Shown: piece after piece, positions 38,591 to 51,974 of the stretch
Position numbering within the stretch: the stretch's first letter is position 1
Layout of the letters: every line of letters starts with the position of its first letter
NCBI RefSeq assembly: GCF_004010195.1
Contig: NC_057751.1
Location: forward strand, 4,239,137 to 4,303,136
Reading direction: 5' to 3'
Source of the DNA: Chiloscyllium plagiosum
Taxonomy: Eukaryota
Length of the DNA: 64,000 nt
Made by a program: the position numbers and the translations under genes
The notes under the pieces: model-generated
Databases searched by the model: none
What the model saw: only the letters and a program-made list of their open reading frames with translations
What the model was told of the DNA's origin: nothing

Positions 38591-40129
38591 AAGAGACAGC
38601 GATAGTTGTAAAGAGGACCATGCCATCACCCCAGATGGAGAGCAGTGATTGGTGCTTCTGTGAGGTTGGGGAGAGGGGTTTGAGCTGAGCAGTAATAATA
38701 GTGATGAGTGGGAGGGGAAGGTGATGTGGTGGGGCAGGAGTGGTCTCAGAACAGAAACAACTGTGCCCAAAGACAGGTCCCCCCCCCGGGGAACAAGGGG
38801 CACTGTAACAAGTTCACAAGTGACAGATCCTTTCCGCCAACTCCCAAAATAAACACCAGCCCGTGACTCACCGAGATAATCTTTGAGTTGGTGCTGTTTT
38901 TTTTTCAAAGTAGCGGGTCGTGTGGCTTTCCAGTTGCTTGTTTGTTTCGACTGGTACTTCAAGTGGATAGCTGGAGGAGTGGAGGGTTTCGCTCAGCGAC
39001 AGTGGTGTGCAGTCCTTGAGTAAGTACTGTAGCTCTTGGGGAGCGAACTTGGTGTGGAATGCCTCAGTCCCTGTTATTCAGATTCAGAATCATGGCCCAG
39101 GGGCTGCTATCATTAAAGCCCCCCCGCCCTCAGTTATCTCAACACAGGCCGCAAAGTAAGCAGCTTTGGCGTCAAACGTTTTCAAGATACAACTCGGCTG
39201 CACAAAGAAGCCTTTGGAACTGTAGCCAATTCTCTCTCTTCTCCCACCCGTTTCTCAGGAACACTGCAGGGTCAGCTGGACCGTTTATCTTCCAGGACCG
39301 GAGCTGCAAAGAATGTTATCAGCTTCCACACCGAGGGATTCTTTGTGTCTCTTGTCGAACAGACCTCCTTTGAAAATTGTTACCAAGTCCCCTTGATATT
39401 TGTGAAACAAGGGGAATTGACACAGGAGCAGAGCGTGGGCGCAGGGGCAGAGAATCTATAGGCAGTTGTCCTACAACGCCGTAGTTGGGTTCCAGTGAAA
39501 CCTCACTGAATACAAAATCACTTAATAGAAATAATGAGGCCAATGGGAAAAGTGGCGTTAGGGGCAGAGCAGTAAAAAATATCACTCACGCTCGCTCAAA
39601 AATCACCCAAAAGTCTAATACAGCGTATCGCCCAGTCTGAATGAAGGTATACACCATATTTATCAGTGAAACAAAAGGAAATCTAGCACAGTACATTTAA
39701 AAAGTATTGTTAATGCAGGGACACAGGCTCATCATGGTGTGTAAGGTAGACTCCTTCATTTCGAAACAAGCTCCATCACAGATCCTCCTCTTCCCCTCAA
39801 AACACTTGGTAATATTCAGCTTCTCTTTCAGTGTTATAGCCTTTACTTTGGCTTAACCGCCTGCAATTTCATCACCAGGACCCTTCCTGCTAACATTCTT
39901 GTCACTATGCCCTTCCATTTTTTTTCAAAAAAGAGACAGGCTGCACCTTTCACAGGAGGTTGCTCACTGTAAACTCTCAGAAAGCTGCTCTGTCTGTAGC
40001 TGACATCGTGCATATGCAGAACAAAGCACATGAAATCATACCAGCTGGAATTGCGCTATTGCACTGCACTGTCCTCCTCTATACATCTAGTCACCTCCTG
40101 AAAGAATTCAATCATATTTGTACGTATTT

Positions 40130-41060
40130 GGCTTGATGGATTATTGTCACATGTACCGAGGTACAGTGAAAAGTATTGTTTTGTGTGCTATCCAAACAAA
40201 TCATACCTTGCATAAGTGCATCAGGGTTACAGAGCAGAATGTAGAATATACTGTTACAGCTACAGAGAAGGTGCAGAGACAGATCTAATACATGAGAGGT
40301 CCATTCATCAGTCTGTTAACAGAGGGAAAGAAGCTGCAATCTGTTGGTAAGTGTTTTCAAACACTTGTACCTTCTCCACGGTGGAAGAGAGTGTGTCTGG
40401 AGTGGGAGGGGTATCCGATTATGTCGGCTGCTTTCCTGAGGCAGTGGGGAGGAGGGCTGATTTTCCTAATGGACTGTGCTGCATTCACGATTCTCTGTAA
40501 TTTCTTGCAGTCTTGGGCAGGGGCAGTTGCCGTACCAAAACTCTGATGTATCCAGACAGGAAGCTTTCTACGGTATACCAAAAATTGGTCAGAGTCATTG
40601 TGGACGTGTGAACTTTCCTGAGCCTTCTGAGGAAGGAGATGGTTTTTTGACTGTGGCACCGATGTCAATGGTGCAGGAGAGGTTGTTGGTGATGTTTACT
40701 CTTTAGAACTTGAAGCTCTTGACCAACTCCACCACAGCACTACTGACACAAACAGGACCACATGCTGCACTCTGGTTCCTGAAGTTGCTGACCAGCTCCT
40801 TCATTGCGCTGATATTAAGGGAGAGATTGTTGTCTTTACAGCATGCCAGTAAGCTGTTCATCTCTTTCCTGCACTCTGTCTCAGTGCTATTTGAGGTCCA
40901 ACCCACTACAGTGGTGTCATAAGCAAATTTGTAAATGGAGCTGGAGCTGAATTTGGCCACACAGTTGTGAGTGGATAAAGAGTATTGTAAGGGGCTGAGT
41001 AGGCACACTTGCAGAGCACTGCTATTAAGGATTATCGTGGAGGAGGTGTTATTGCCCACG
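40130..41060 (-). mobile_element. Rex1/Babar-like LINE RT remnant
   Basis: 'IILNSSALQVCLLSPLQYSLSTHNCVAK...IYKFAYDTTVVG' resembles LNTGAPQGCVLSPLL...KFADDTTVVG. Confidence 0.75.
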
Positions 41061-43162
41061 CTGTAGTTCCCATGGCTAACCCATCTAGCCGACACATCCT
41101 TGGACTCTCCTAACTGCTTTCTTAGGATTTCCCAGCACTTTCTCTAGTCCACCAGGATCTCCATGGATTTAGTCCCTTTGTCATTGTTAAAAGCCTCTCT
41201 TTCCTTCTTGTCCAGTCCTGAATATCCCTCGGGGTTATCTGGGCTTCTCGCTCCTACATTTCACCCAGAAGGCACCATATTGGGTCTGTCCTTTACCCAA
41301 CCCCATGCTGAATGCTGCCATCCAGGTACATTTACCCACAAGTTATTGCTCCCAGTCTCCTTTAGCCCGATCCTGCCTTGTCCTCATAATATCTGTCCTT
41401 TCTTGAACCAAAACCCCTCTTTTTGCTGACAGTCTTTTCCATAACAGTGTACAGCGTTGTCATGCCGAGCGCTGAAATGCCCTTCCCCCTTCCCCCGGCA
41501 CCTCAAACACCTCTCTGACTTTGCCCCGCTCTCAGAGTTCGGGGACAGCGCTGCACTGTTCCTGTTGGACCTTCGATAAAAGTCTTGTCCTGAAGTTGTC
41601 TCAGGAGGCATGAATGTGAAGGATGCTTCTTTCTTTGTGGATTGAGAAATTGACTCTGTTCTTAACAGCACCTTCTTGAGGGACTTCCCTTCAATCTATC
41701 GAAAACAAGCGTTTTTGAGGGACATTAAAACATGGAAAATAGGAGTTGTGGGAGGCCATTCAGCCCTTCTGGCCTGCTCCACCATTCAGTATCATCTTGA
41801 CTCCTCTCTGTAGCCTCTTCCTCCTTCCTCTCCATACCCTTTGACCCCCCCCCCAAGGCCCTATTGGCTGTCTCTAACCCCTGCTGAAAAGCTCCGGGAG
41901 CAGAGGTGATGAGAGCAATGTAAAGTCTGAGGGGGGCTTACGAAGTGAATTCCCAAAGTTTAGGGCCAGGAAGTCAGTCTGTCCAGGCCAAGAGTGGGTT
42001 ACTGTCTGAACCGGGACACGTTGCTGTGCTGACACCAGGAGGAACAAGCCAAGAGCTTGGTCTGACCCCTCACAGGATTCAATGAGAGGCTTGTACATTA
42101 ATCTCCTGATCTGACGGAACAATTGGGTTATCAGCCTGCCCTTGGCTGTGAGGTAATCGATTGATAAATGGTGACAGGCTGAAGGCGACAGGAGCCTCAA
42201 TGTCAGCACTGACAGCGAGTGTGTGTGGGACAAGGTGATGTTCCTTTCAGGCACTTAAAAGCCAGCCAGGAAAGCCCCGAAAACAGATCTCCGTGCAACA
42301 CAATAACACTGTTGTACTTTCACTGAATAGTTACAGTCACTGCACCTCCTGCCTCTGCTCAAACCTATTCCATTCTCACCTCCTGACCTGTTTACTGTAC
42401 TCCAACCCTTCCATTTCCAACTGCAGTGAGGACTGTGTACCCACCTCCCACGGATTCAGGGAATTCCTCTCTCCCCACCCTGAGGCTCCGGATGCAGCAA
42501 CACCACAGATTCTCGGTGTCTGCTGAGATCCCCAGACTCTCGCCCTGGGGCGTGTGAGTTGGGCCTGACCTCACAGCTCCCCTGGCCCTGTGACAATGTG
42601 GGAGAGTCTGGCATCATCCAGCCCATCTGCAGAATTTCCGTTCTCCTCACTCACTGTTTCCCTCTGTCCCTCCCATCGCCTGCTGCGGGACCAACAAACC
42701 CACAGGATCCGCAAACCCCCACAAAGGTTCCTCCCAGAGTTTATTGCCCTCTCAAGTCGCCATCTCAGGTCTTGTCCTGAGAGGTTGGCTCCCCTTGCTG
42801 TTTGGTGTATGTGCTGAGGGTAAGTCGACAGAATTAGATTCGCCCTCTTGGGACCACCTCAAACCTCCAAGGTACAAACCGTACCTTTCGTTGTGGGTCT
42901 GTTCACGGCTGAAGCAAGGCTGAAGGGGTGGGGTGGGGGTTGGGGGGCAAAGGGCCTGCATGGAAAGCCAAAGGCACAGGAAGACTTCACTCCTCTGTCT
43001 CTCTTTCTCTCTCTCTGTCCTCGGGTACTGTGGATGAAGGAGGAACCTTGGAGAGTGAGAGGAGGCCGAATCAGCTTTTGGTTGTTCAGAGGGATGTGAG
43101 CATGGTTGGGATGCTGGGGAAGGAGGTAGTGATCTGGACACTGTGGATTAATAACTGACAAT

Positions 43163-44015
43163 TGTGTGTGTATGTGTCTGTGTGGTGTGTGTGTGTGTCC
43201 ATGTGTGTGTGTCCGTGTGTGTGTGTGTGTGTCCGTGTGTCCATGTGTGTGTGTCCATGTGTGTGTGTGTGTGTCCATGTGTGTATGTGTCCATGTGTGT
43301 GTGTGTGTATGTCCGTGTGTGTGTCCGTGTGTGTCTGTTTCCGTGTGTCTGTTTCCGTGTGTCTGNNNNNNNNNNNNNNNNNNNNNNNNNNNNNNNNNNN
43401 NNNNNNNNNNNNNNNNNNNNNNNNNNNNNNNNNNNNNNNNNNNNNNNNNNNNNNNNNNNNNNNNNNNNNNNNNNNNNNNNNNNNNNNNNNNNNNNNNNNN
43501 NNNNNNNNNNNNNNNNNNNNNNNNNNNNNNNNNNNNNNNNNNNNNNNNNNNNNNNNNNNNNNNNNNNNNNNNNNNNNNNNNNNNNNNNNNNNNNNNNNNN
43601 NNNNNNNNNNNNNNNNNNNNNNNNNNNNNNNNNNNNNNNNNNNNNNNNNNNNNNNNNNNNNNNNNNNNNNNNNNNNNNNNNNNNNNNNNNNNNNNNNNNN
43701 NNNNNNNNNNNNNNNNNNNNNNNNNNNNNNNNNNNNNNNNNNNNNNNNNNNNNNNNNNNNNNNNNNNNNNNNNNNNNNNGTCCATGTGTGTGTATCCATG
43801 TGTGTGTGTGTCCGTGTGTGTGTCTGTGTGTGTCTGTGTCTGTGTGTGTCCATGTGTATCCGTATGTGTGTCCGTCCATGTGTCTGTGTGTCATTGTGTG
43901 TCCGTGTGTCTGTGTCTGTGTCTATGTGCGTGTGTTTCCATGTGTGTGTTTCCATGTGTATGTGTGTGTGTCCATGTGTGTGTGTGTGTGTATGTATCCG
44001 TGTGTGTGTGTGCGC
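43163..44015. repeat. Complex (GT)n/(GTGTCCAT) microsatellite spanning an assembly gap (N 43366-43779)
   Basis: Direct inspection. Confidence 0.97.
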
Positions 44016-44647
44016 GTATGTCAGACCTGTTTCAGATCCTGGGCAATGAGGAGGCTGCTGGAGAAGATGTGAGACGCAGTGAGATGGAAGATGTGATGGG
44101 GTCGAACTCCAGCAAGCTCCAGGCGAAGCAGGACAGATGCAGAGTGAGTGTGCTTACCCTGGAATACTAGATCAGAGTGTATCCTCTCTGGAGCTCACCC
44201 ATTGTCTGTCCTTGTGATGTTGCTGTGGAAACAATTCTCAGAGTGCTCTGTGACCCCCCAGGATTGGGAAGTAAAAGGGACACCATTTTTCCCTCCCTGA
44301 ACAGTTTCTCCATTCTGATTTTCCTTGTTGATGGGCAGCTGAGTTGACTCGGAATCATACAATCCAGAAGAAGCCCTTTGGCCCATCTAGTGTGTCCTGC
44401 CATCTACACTAGTCCCACTTTCCCACACTGAGCCCGTACCCTTGGATGATATGACACCCCAAGAGCTGATCCAAGTATTTGTTTAAAGGTTGTGAGTTTC
44501 CTGCCTCACCAGCCTCCCCGGCGGTGCACTCCAGATCCTGACAACTCTCCTTTCCTTAACTCTCCTCTTAGCCTTTCCCTTTAACAGGGCAGCCCCTTGG
44601 TCTGATAAAGAAGGGCAAGTCTTCCACCATTCAGGCCCTCAAGTCTA

Positions 44648-44777
44648 TTCCTGAAGAAGGGTTTATGCCCGAAATGTCGATTCTCCTGTTCCCTGGATGC
44701 TGCCTGACCTGCTGCGCTTTTCCAGCAACACATTTTCAGCTCTGATCTCCAGCATCTGCAGACCTCACTTTCTCCTC
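44648..44777 (+). mobile_element. Short family-A element with hammerhead motif at 44651-44678
   Basis: CTGAAGA-A-GGGT-ttat-GCCC-GAAA-TG-TC followed by the family body (gatgctgcctgacctgctgcgcttttccagc). Confidence 0.65.
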
Positions 44778-45179
44778 ATGTCTACCCCACCAACCACTCC
44801 AAGATCATGGCTGCTCTGATGGTGGTCTCACACACACACACACACACAGGATTTAAGCTATTGTCAGGAGCAACAAATCTATGCAAGCTTTTATTAGTAA
44901 CATAATGGATTTTTAATACAACTCAACAAAATGGTTTTGGGATTAATACTGTGCAAAAGTGGTTGAAGGCTGCATTCCTGCTTTGCTGAGCTCGCTGAAT
45001 TAAAAGATAAAGCAGACAATGAAGTCTTCATAAAATGGATCATAAGACATTAACTGACCACTCTGACTAACCTTGAACTGCCGGCATGAAATTGGAAACC
45101 TTGCTTTATACAGACCGCATTCTGTTCATTCTTTCGACTGATCTCGAAGCCAAGAGGTTCCGTCTGGGATCCACATCTT

Positions 45180-48100
45180 CAGTACGAGCTCGTGAGGGCA
45201 GGAACAGGAGGATAGAGCAGATGAATGCATGGCTGAGCAGCTGGAGCAGGGGAGAAGGATTCACATTTTTGGATCATTGGTATCTCTTCGTGGGGGTGGG
45301 TGCGGAGGTGGGACCCAGGGAGATAGTGAGGAAAGGGATCAATCTGAGACTGGTACTGTTAGGAAAAGGAGCAAGTCAACAGTCAGGGCAGGCAGGGACA
45401 AAGTAGAGAATGAGGTAGGACTGATAAATTAAACTGCATTTACTTCAATGCAAGAGACCTAACAAGGAAGGCAGATGAACTCAGGGCATGGTTAGGAAGA
45501 TGGGACTGTTCCTAATAGTCAGAGGGAAATTGAGAAACAAACTTGTAAGGAGATCTCAGATATCTGTAAGAATAATAGAGTGGTTTTGGTAGGGGATTTT
45601 AACTTTCCAAACATAGACTGGGACTGCCATAGTGTTAAGGGTTTAGATGGAGAGGAATTTGTTAAGTGTGTACAAGAAAATTTTCTGATTCAGTATATGG
45701 ATGTACCTACTAGAGAAGGTACAAAACCTGACCTGCTCTTGGGAAATAAGGCAGGGCAGGTGACTGAGGTATCAGTGGGGGAGCACTTTGGGGCCAGAGA
45801 CCGTAATTCTATCAGTTTTAAAGTAGTGATGGAAAAGAATAGACCAGATCTAAAAGTTGAAGTTCTAAATTGGAGAAAGGCCAATTTTGACGGTATTAGG
45901 CAAGAACTTTCGAAAGCTGATTGGGGGCAGATGTTCACACGTAAAGGGATGGCTGGAAAATGGGAAGCCTTCAGAAATGAGATAACGGGAGTCCAGAGAC
46001 AGTATATTCCTGTCAGGGTGAAAGGGAAGGCTGGTAGGTATAGGGAATGCTGGATGACTAAAGAAATTGAGGGTTTGGTTAAGAAAAAGAAGGAAGCATA
46101 TGTCAGGTATAGACAGAATAGATCGAGTGAATCCTTAGAAGAGTATAAAGAAAGTAGGAGTATACTTAAGAGGGAAGTCAGGAGGGCAAACAGGGGACAT
46201 GAGATAGTTTTGGCAAATAGGGTTAAGGAGATTCCAAAAGTTTTTACAAATTAAGGACAAAAGGGCAACTCAGAAGAGAATAGGGCTCCTCAAAGATCAG
46301 CAAGGTGGCCTTTGTGTGGAGCCGCAGAAAATGGGGGAGATACTAAACGAGTATTTTGCGTCAGCATTTACTGTGGAAAAGGACATGGAAGTTAAAGACT
46401 GTAGGGAAATAGATGGTGACATCTTGAAAATGTCCATATTACAGAGGAAGAGATGCTGCATGTTTTGATACACATAAAAGTGGATAAATCCCACAGGACC
46501 TGATCAGGTGTACCCTAGAACTCTGTGGGAAGCTAGAGAAGTGATTGCTAGGCCTCTTGCTGAGATATTTGTATCATCGATAGTCACAGGTGAGGTGCCG
46601 GAAGACTGGAGGTTGGCTAACATGGTGCCACTGTTTAAGAAGGGTAGTAAGGACAAGCTAGGGAACTATAGACCAGTGAGCCTGACCTCAGTGGTGGGCA
46701 CGTTGTTGGAGGGAATGCTGAGGGACAGGATGTACATGTATTTTGAAAGGCAAGGACTGATTAGGGATAGTCAACATGGCTTTATGTGTGGGAAATCATG
46801 GCTCACAAACTTGATAGAGTTTTTTGAAGAAGTAAAAAAGAGGATTGATGAGGGCAGAGTGGTAGATGTGATCTATATGGACCAGTAATGTGTTTGACAA
46901 AATTCCCCATGGGAGGCTGGTTAGCAAGGTTAGATCTCATGGAATACAGGCAGAACTAGCCATTTGGATACAGAATTAGCGTGAAGGTAGAAGACAGAGG
47001 GTAGTGGTGGAGGGTTGTTTTTCAGACTGGAGGCCTGTGAACAGTGGAGTGCCACAAGGATCGGTGCTGGGTCCTCGACTTTTCAACATTTATATAAATG
47101 ATTTGGATGCAAACATAGGGGGGAAAGTTAGTAAATTTGCAGATGACACCAAAATTGAGGTGTTGTGGACAGCGAAGAGGGTTACCTCAAATCACAATGG
47201 GATTTTGATCAGATGGGCCAATGGGCTGAGAAGTGGCAGATGGAGTTTAATTTAGATAAATGCGAGGTGCTGCATTTTGGGAAAGCAAATCTTAGCAGGA
47301 CTTAACACTAGAAAATCAAAGTGAATATTGAGATACAGGCTACAAGACGAGATGCAATTGAGGTTCACAAGGAGGAGGTGTTAGCAATTGTGGGATGTGT
47401 AAAAATAGATAGGTCCCCTGGGCTGAATGGGATGTATCCTAGGAGTCTCTGGGAAGCCAGGGAGGGGATTGCCAAGCCTTTGGCGTTGATCTTTAAATCA
47501 TCGTTGCCTAGAGGAATAGCCCCAGAAGACTGAAGATAGCAAACGTTGTTCCCTTGTTCAAGAAGGGGAGTAGAGACAACCCTGGTAATTGGAGACCAAT
47601 GAGCCTTACTTTGGTTGTGGGTAAAGTGTTGGAAAGAGTTTTAAAAGGGTAGGATTTATAATCATTTAGAAAGAAATAAGTTGATTCAAGATAGTCAACA
47701 GGGTTTTGTGAAGGGTAGATGGCACCTCACAAACCTTATTGAGTTCTTTGAGAAGGTGACCAAAAGGTGGATGAGGGTAAAGCGGTTGATGTGGTGTATA
47801 TGGATTTCAGTAAGGTGTTTGATAAGGTTCCCCATGGTAGGCTATTGCAAAACATGGGATGGAATTGAGGGTGATTTAGCGGTTTGGATCATAAATTGGC
47901 TAGCTGAAAGAAGACATAGGGTGGTGGTTGATGGGAAATATTCATCTTGAAGTTCAGTTACTGGTGCTGTACCACAAGGATCTGTTTTGAGTCCACTGCT
48001 GTTTGTCATTTTTATAAGTGACCTGAATGAGGGCATAGAAGTTTGGGTTAGTAAATTTATGGATGACACTAAGGTCGGTGGAGTTGTAGATAGTGATGAA

Positions 48101-51100
48101 GGATGTTGCAGGGTACAGAGGGACATGGATAAGCTGCAGAGCTGGGCTGAGAGTTGGCAAATGGAGTTTAATGTGAAAAAAATGTGAGGTGATTCATTTT
48201 GGAAGGAGAAACAGGAATGCAGAGTACTGGGCAAATGGTAAGATTCTTGGTAGTGGAAATGAGTAGAGAGATCCTTGAAAGTTGCCACTCAAGTTGATAG
48301 GGTTGTTAAGAAGGCATACAATGCGTTGGCTTCTATCGAGTTCCGGAACCATGAGGTCATGCTGTAGGTGTACAAAACTCTGGAGTGGCGACACTTGGGG
48401 TATTGGGTACAGTTCTGGTCACTGCATTATTGAAAGGATGTAGAAGCGTTGGAAAGGGTACAGAGGAGATTTACTAGGATGTTGCCTGGTATGGAGGGAA
48501 GGTCTTATGAGGAAAGGCTGAGGGACTTGAGGCTGTTTTCATTAGAGAGAAGAAGGTTGAGAGGTGGCTAAATTGAGACATGTAAGATAATCAAAGGGTT
48601 AGATAGGATGGACAGGGAGAGCCTTTTTCCTCTGATGGTGATGGCTAGCATGAGGGGACATAGCTTTAAATTGAGGGGTGATAGATGTAGGACAGATGTG
48701 AGAGGTAGTTTCTTTATTCAGAGGGTAATAGGGGGTGTGGAACGCACTGCCTCCAACAGTCGTAGACTCGCCAACTTTAAGGGCATTTAAATGGTCATTG
48801 GATGGGCATATGGAGGAGAATGGAATAATGTCGGTTAGATGGACCTCAGAATGGTTTCACAGGTTGGCGCAACATCGAGGGCTGAAGGGCCTATACTGCG
48901 CTGTAATGTTCTGTGTTCTACTTATACACTTTATGTTAAGGTCCTGGGGAGTGTTGCTGAACAAAGAGACCTTGGAGTGCAGGTATATAGCTCCTTGAAA
49001 GTGGAGTCGCAGGTAGATAGGATAGTGAAGAAGGTGTTTGGTATGCTTTCTTTTATTAGTATGGGAGATTTGTTGTAACAAAACCAGCCATCTTGTCACA
49101 TATTACAACACTGGAGTCCATTCTAAATCTCATATTAGTGTCTGTTTGTCAAGTTTGTATGTTCCCAGGCTCAGTGAGGTGGTTGACCTTGCAGCTGTAC
49201 TAATATCTGATCGTGAACGCTTTCCCAGCATGGGAATGCAGTTCTTTTAGAAGAATCTATTGTAATACTAACACTTGCTTATCATCCACCAACCAATACT
49301 GTCCAGAAACTATGTGACTGAGGCTAGTGACTGGGCACAGTGTCTATTTGCTCATTATCCTGCAATTAACAGTTTGCTAAATGTTAAATGATTGTAATCC
49401 AGATAATCACACAACTCTCTGTATCTCATCGGAGTGACTTGTGACCATTAGGTTGAGCTGACTCTCCCTGTGAGCTCACGAATAAACAGTCAATAACTCA
49501 AGGTTTGTGTGGTGCAATTCATTGTTCCTCTAAATTGGACTGCTACCAGTGAGTCAACCACTTCATAATTCATTTCATTCCCAACAATTGGTCACAGCAC
49601 TGAGGACAGGGGCTGGGAGGTCATGTTGCAGTTGTGCAGGACATTGGTTCGGCCACTTTTAGAATCTTGTTGCAATTCTGGTCTCCTTCCTATCGGAAAG
49701 ATGTTGTGAAACTTAAAAGGGTTCAGAAAAGATCTACAAGGACGTTGCCAGGGTTGGAGGATTTGAGCTACAGGGAGAGGCTGAACAGGCTGGGGCTGTT
49801 TTCCCTGGAGTGTCAGAGGCTGAGGGGTGACCTTATAGAGGTTTAGAAAATCATGAGGGACATGGATAGGATAAATAGACAAGGTACTTTTTACAATATA
49901 TGTTAATGATATAGAAGATGGTATTAGTAATAACATTAGCAAATTTGCTGATGCTACTAGGCTGGGTGGCAGGGTGAAATATGAGGAGGATCTTAGGAGA
50001 TTACAGGGTGACCTGGACAAGTTAGGTGAGTGGGCAGATGCATGGCAGATGCAGTTTAATGTGGATAAATGTATGGTTATCCACTTTGGTGGCAAGAACA
50101 GGAAGGCAGATTACTACTTCTTGTACACTAGTCAATGAAGGTAAGCATGCAGGTACAGCAGGTAGTGAAGAAGGCTAATAGCATGCTGGCCTTCATAACA
50201 AGAGGGATTGAGTATAGAAGCAAAGAGGTTCTTCTTCAGCTGTACAGGGCCTTGGTGAGACCACACCTGGAGTACTGTGTGCAGTTCTGGTCTCCAAATT
50301 TGAGGAAAGACATTCTGGCTATGGAAGGAGTGCAGCGTAGGTTCACGAGGTCAATTCCTGGAATGGCAGGACTACCTTACACTGAAAGACTGGAGTGACT
50401 GGGCTTGTATACCCTTGAGTTTAGAAGACTGAGAGGGGATCTGATTGAGACATATAAGATTATCAAAGGATTGGACACTCTGGAGGCAGGAAACATGTTT
50501 CCGCTGATGGGTGAGTGCCGAACCAGAGGACACAGCTTAAAAATGGTAAAAAGACGATTTAGGACAGAGCTGAGGAGAAACTTCTTCACCCAGAGAGTGG
50601 TGGTTGTGTGGAATGCTCTGCCCCAGAGGGCAGTGGAGGGCCAGTGTCTGGATTCATTTAAGAAAGAGTTGGATAGAGCTCTCAAGGATAGTGGGATCAA
50701 GGATTATAGAGGTAAAGCAGGAACAGGATACTAATTAAGGATGATCAGCGATGATCAAATTGAATGGTGGTGCAGGCTTGAAGGGCAGAATGGCCTACTC
50801 CTGCACCTATTGTTTATTGTCTATTCCATGGGGTAGGGGAGTCCAGAACTAAAGGGTACAGGTTTAGGGTGAGAGGGGAAAGATATAAAAGGGACCTAAG
50901 GGGCAACATTTTCACGCAGAGGGTGGTATGTGTATGGAACGAGCTGCCAGAGGCAGTGGTGGAGGCTGCTACAATGACAACATTGAAAAGGCATCTGGAT
51001 GGGTATATGTATAGTGAGGGTTTGGAGGGATGTGAGCCTAATGCTGGCAAATGGGACCAGATTAGGTTAGGACATCTGGTTGGCATCAACGGGTTGGACC

Positions 51101-51135
51101 AAAGGGTTTGTTTCCGTCCTGTAAATTGCTATGAC
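45180..51135 (+). mobile_element. Long CR1 copy carrying three nested insertions (CR1 ~47310-48920, LTR-like 49059-49586, CR1 ~49885-50826)
   Basis: Host is colinear with the 9420-12646 copy and resumes after each insertion; ORF 45580-46254 starts 'VLVGDFNFP'. Confidence 0.85.
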
Positions 51136-51692
51136 TCTTTCAATGGAGCAAACCTGCAGAAAACTGTAACACAAATGGACTCTGGGTGACTTGTACGAAA
51201 CACGGAAAGCAAGCACACAGGGGTAGCAGGTAATCAGGAAGGGCTAATGGGATGTTGGCCCTTACGTTAAGGGGGTTGGAGTCTAAGAGGAGGGAAGTCT
51301 TACAGAAACCGTACAAGGGGCTGGTGAGGCCGCATCTGGAATACTGTGAGCAGTTCTGATCCCCTTGATTTAAGGGAAAAATATATAATTTCCTTGGAGG
51401 CAGTTCAGGGAAGCTTCACTAGGATGGTCCCTGTGTTGGAGGGAATGTCTCATCAAAGGGAATCTTCTCACTGGAGCTTGGAAGAATGAGAGCATATCTC
51501 ATTGAAACATTAAAGGATTCTGAAGGGGGTTGACAGAGTTAATGCAGAGAGGATGTTTCCATGCTGGGACAGCCTAGGAACAGAGCGCATGGTCTCAGAA
51601 TAAAGGGATGCCAGTCTAAGCCTGAGCTGAGGAGGAATTTCTTCCGTCTGACGGTTGCGAGTCTTTGGATCTCCTTGTCACAGAGAGCTGTA

Positions 51693-51974
51693 ATTAGATT
51701 AGATTCCCGACAGTGTGGAAACAGGCCCTTTGGCCCAACCAGTCCACATCGACCCTCCGAAGAGTAACCCACCCAGACCCATTTCCCTCTGACTAATGCA
51801 TCTAACACTATGGGCAATTTAGCATGGCCAGTTCACCTGACCTGCACATCTTTGGACTGTGGGAGGAAACCCACGCAGACACAGGGAGAACGTGCAAACT
51901 TCACACAGACAGTCACCCGAGGCTGGAATCGAACCTGAGACCCTGGTGCTAACTACTGAGCCACCAGGCTGCCC
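51693..51974 (-). mobile_element. V-SINE inserted in an older CR1 fragment (~51190-52160)
   Basis: V-domain and (attag)n tail. Confidence 0.82.

Noticed and set aside
42859..44170. Longest ORFs in the track (248-334 aa)
   Set aside because: Artefacts of a GT microsatellite and an N gap.
635..51189. Numerous RT/endonuclease ORFs as an active or domesticated retroelement gene
   Set aside because: All are fragments of CR1 copies broken by stops, frameshifts and nested insertions.
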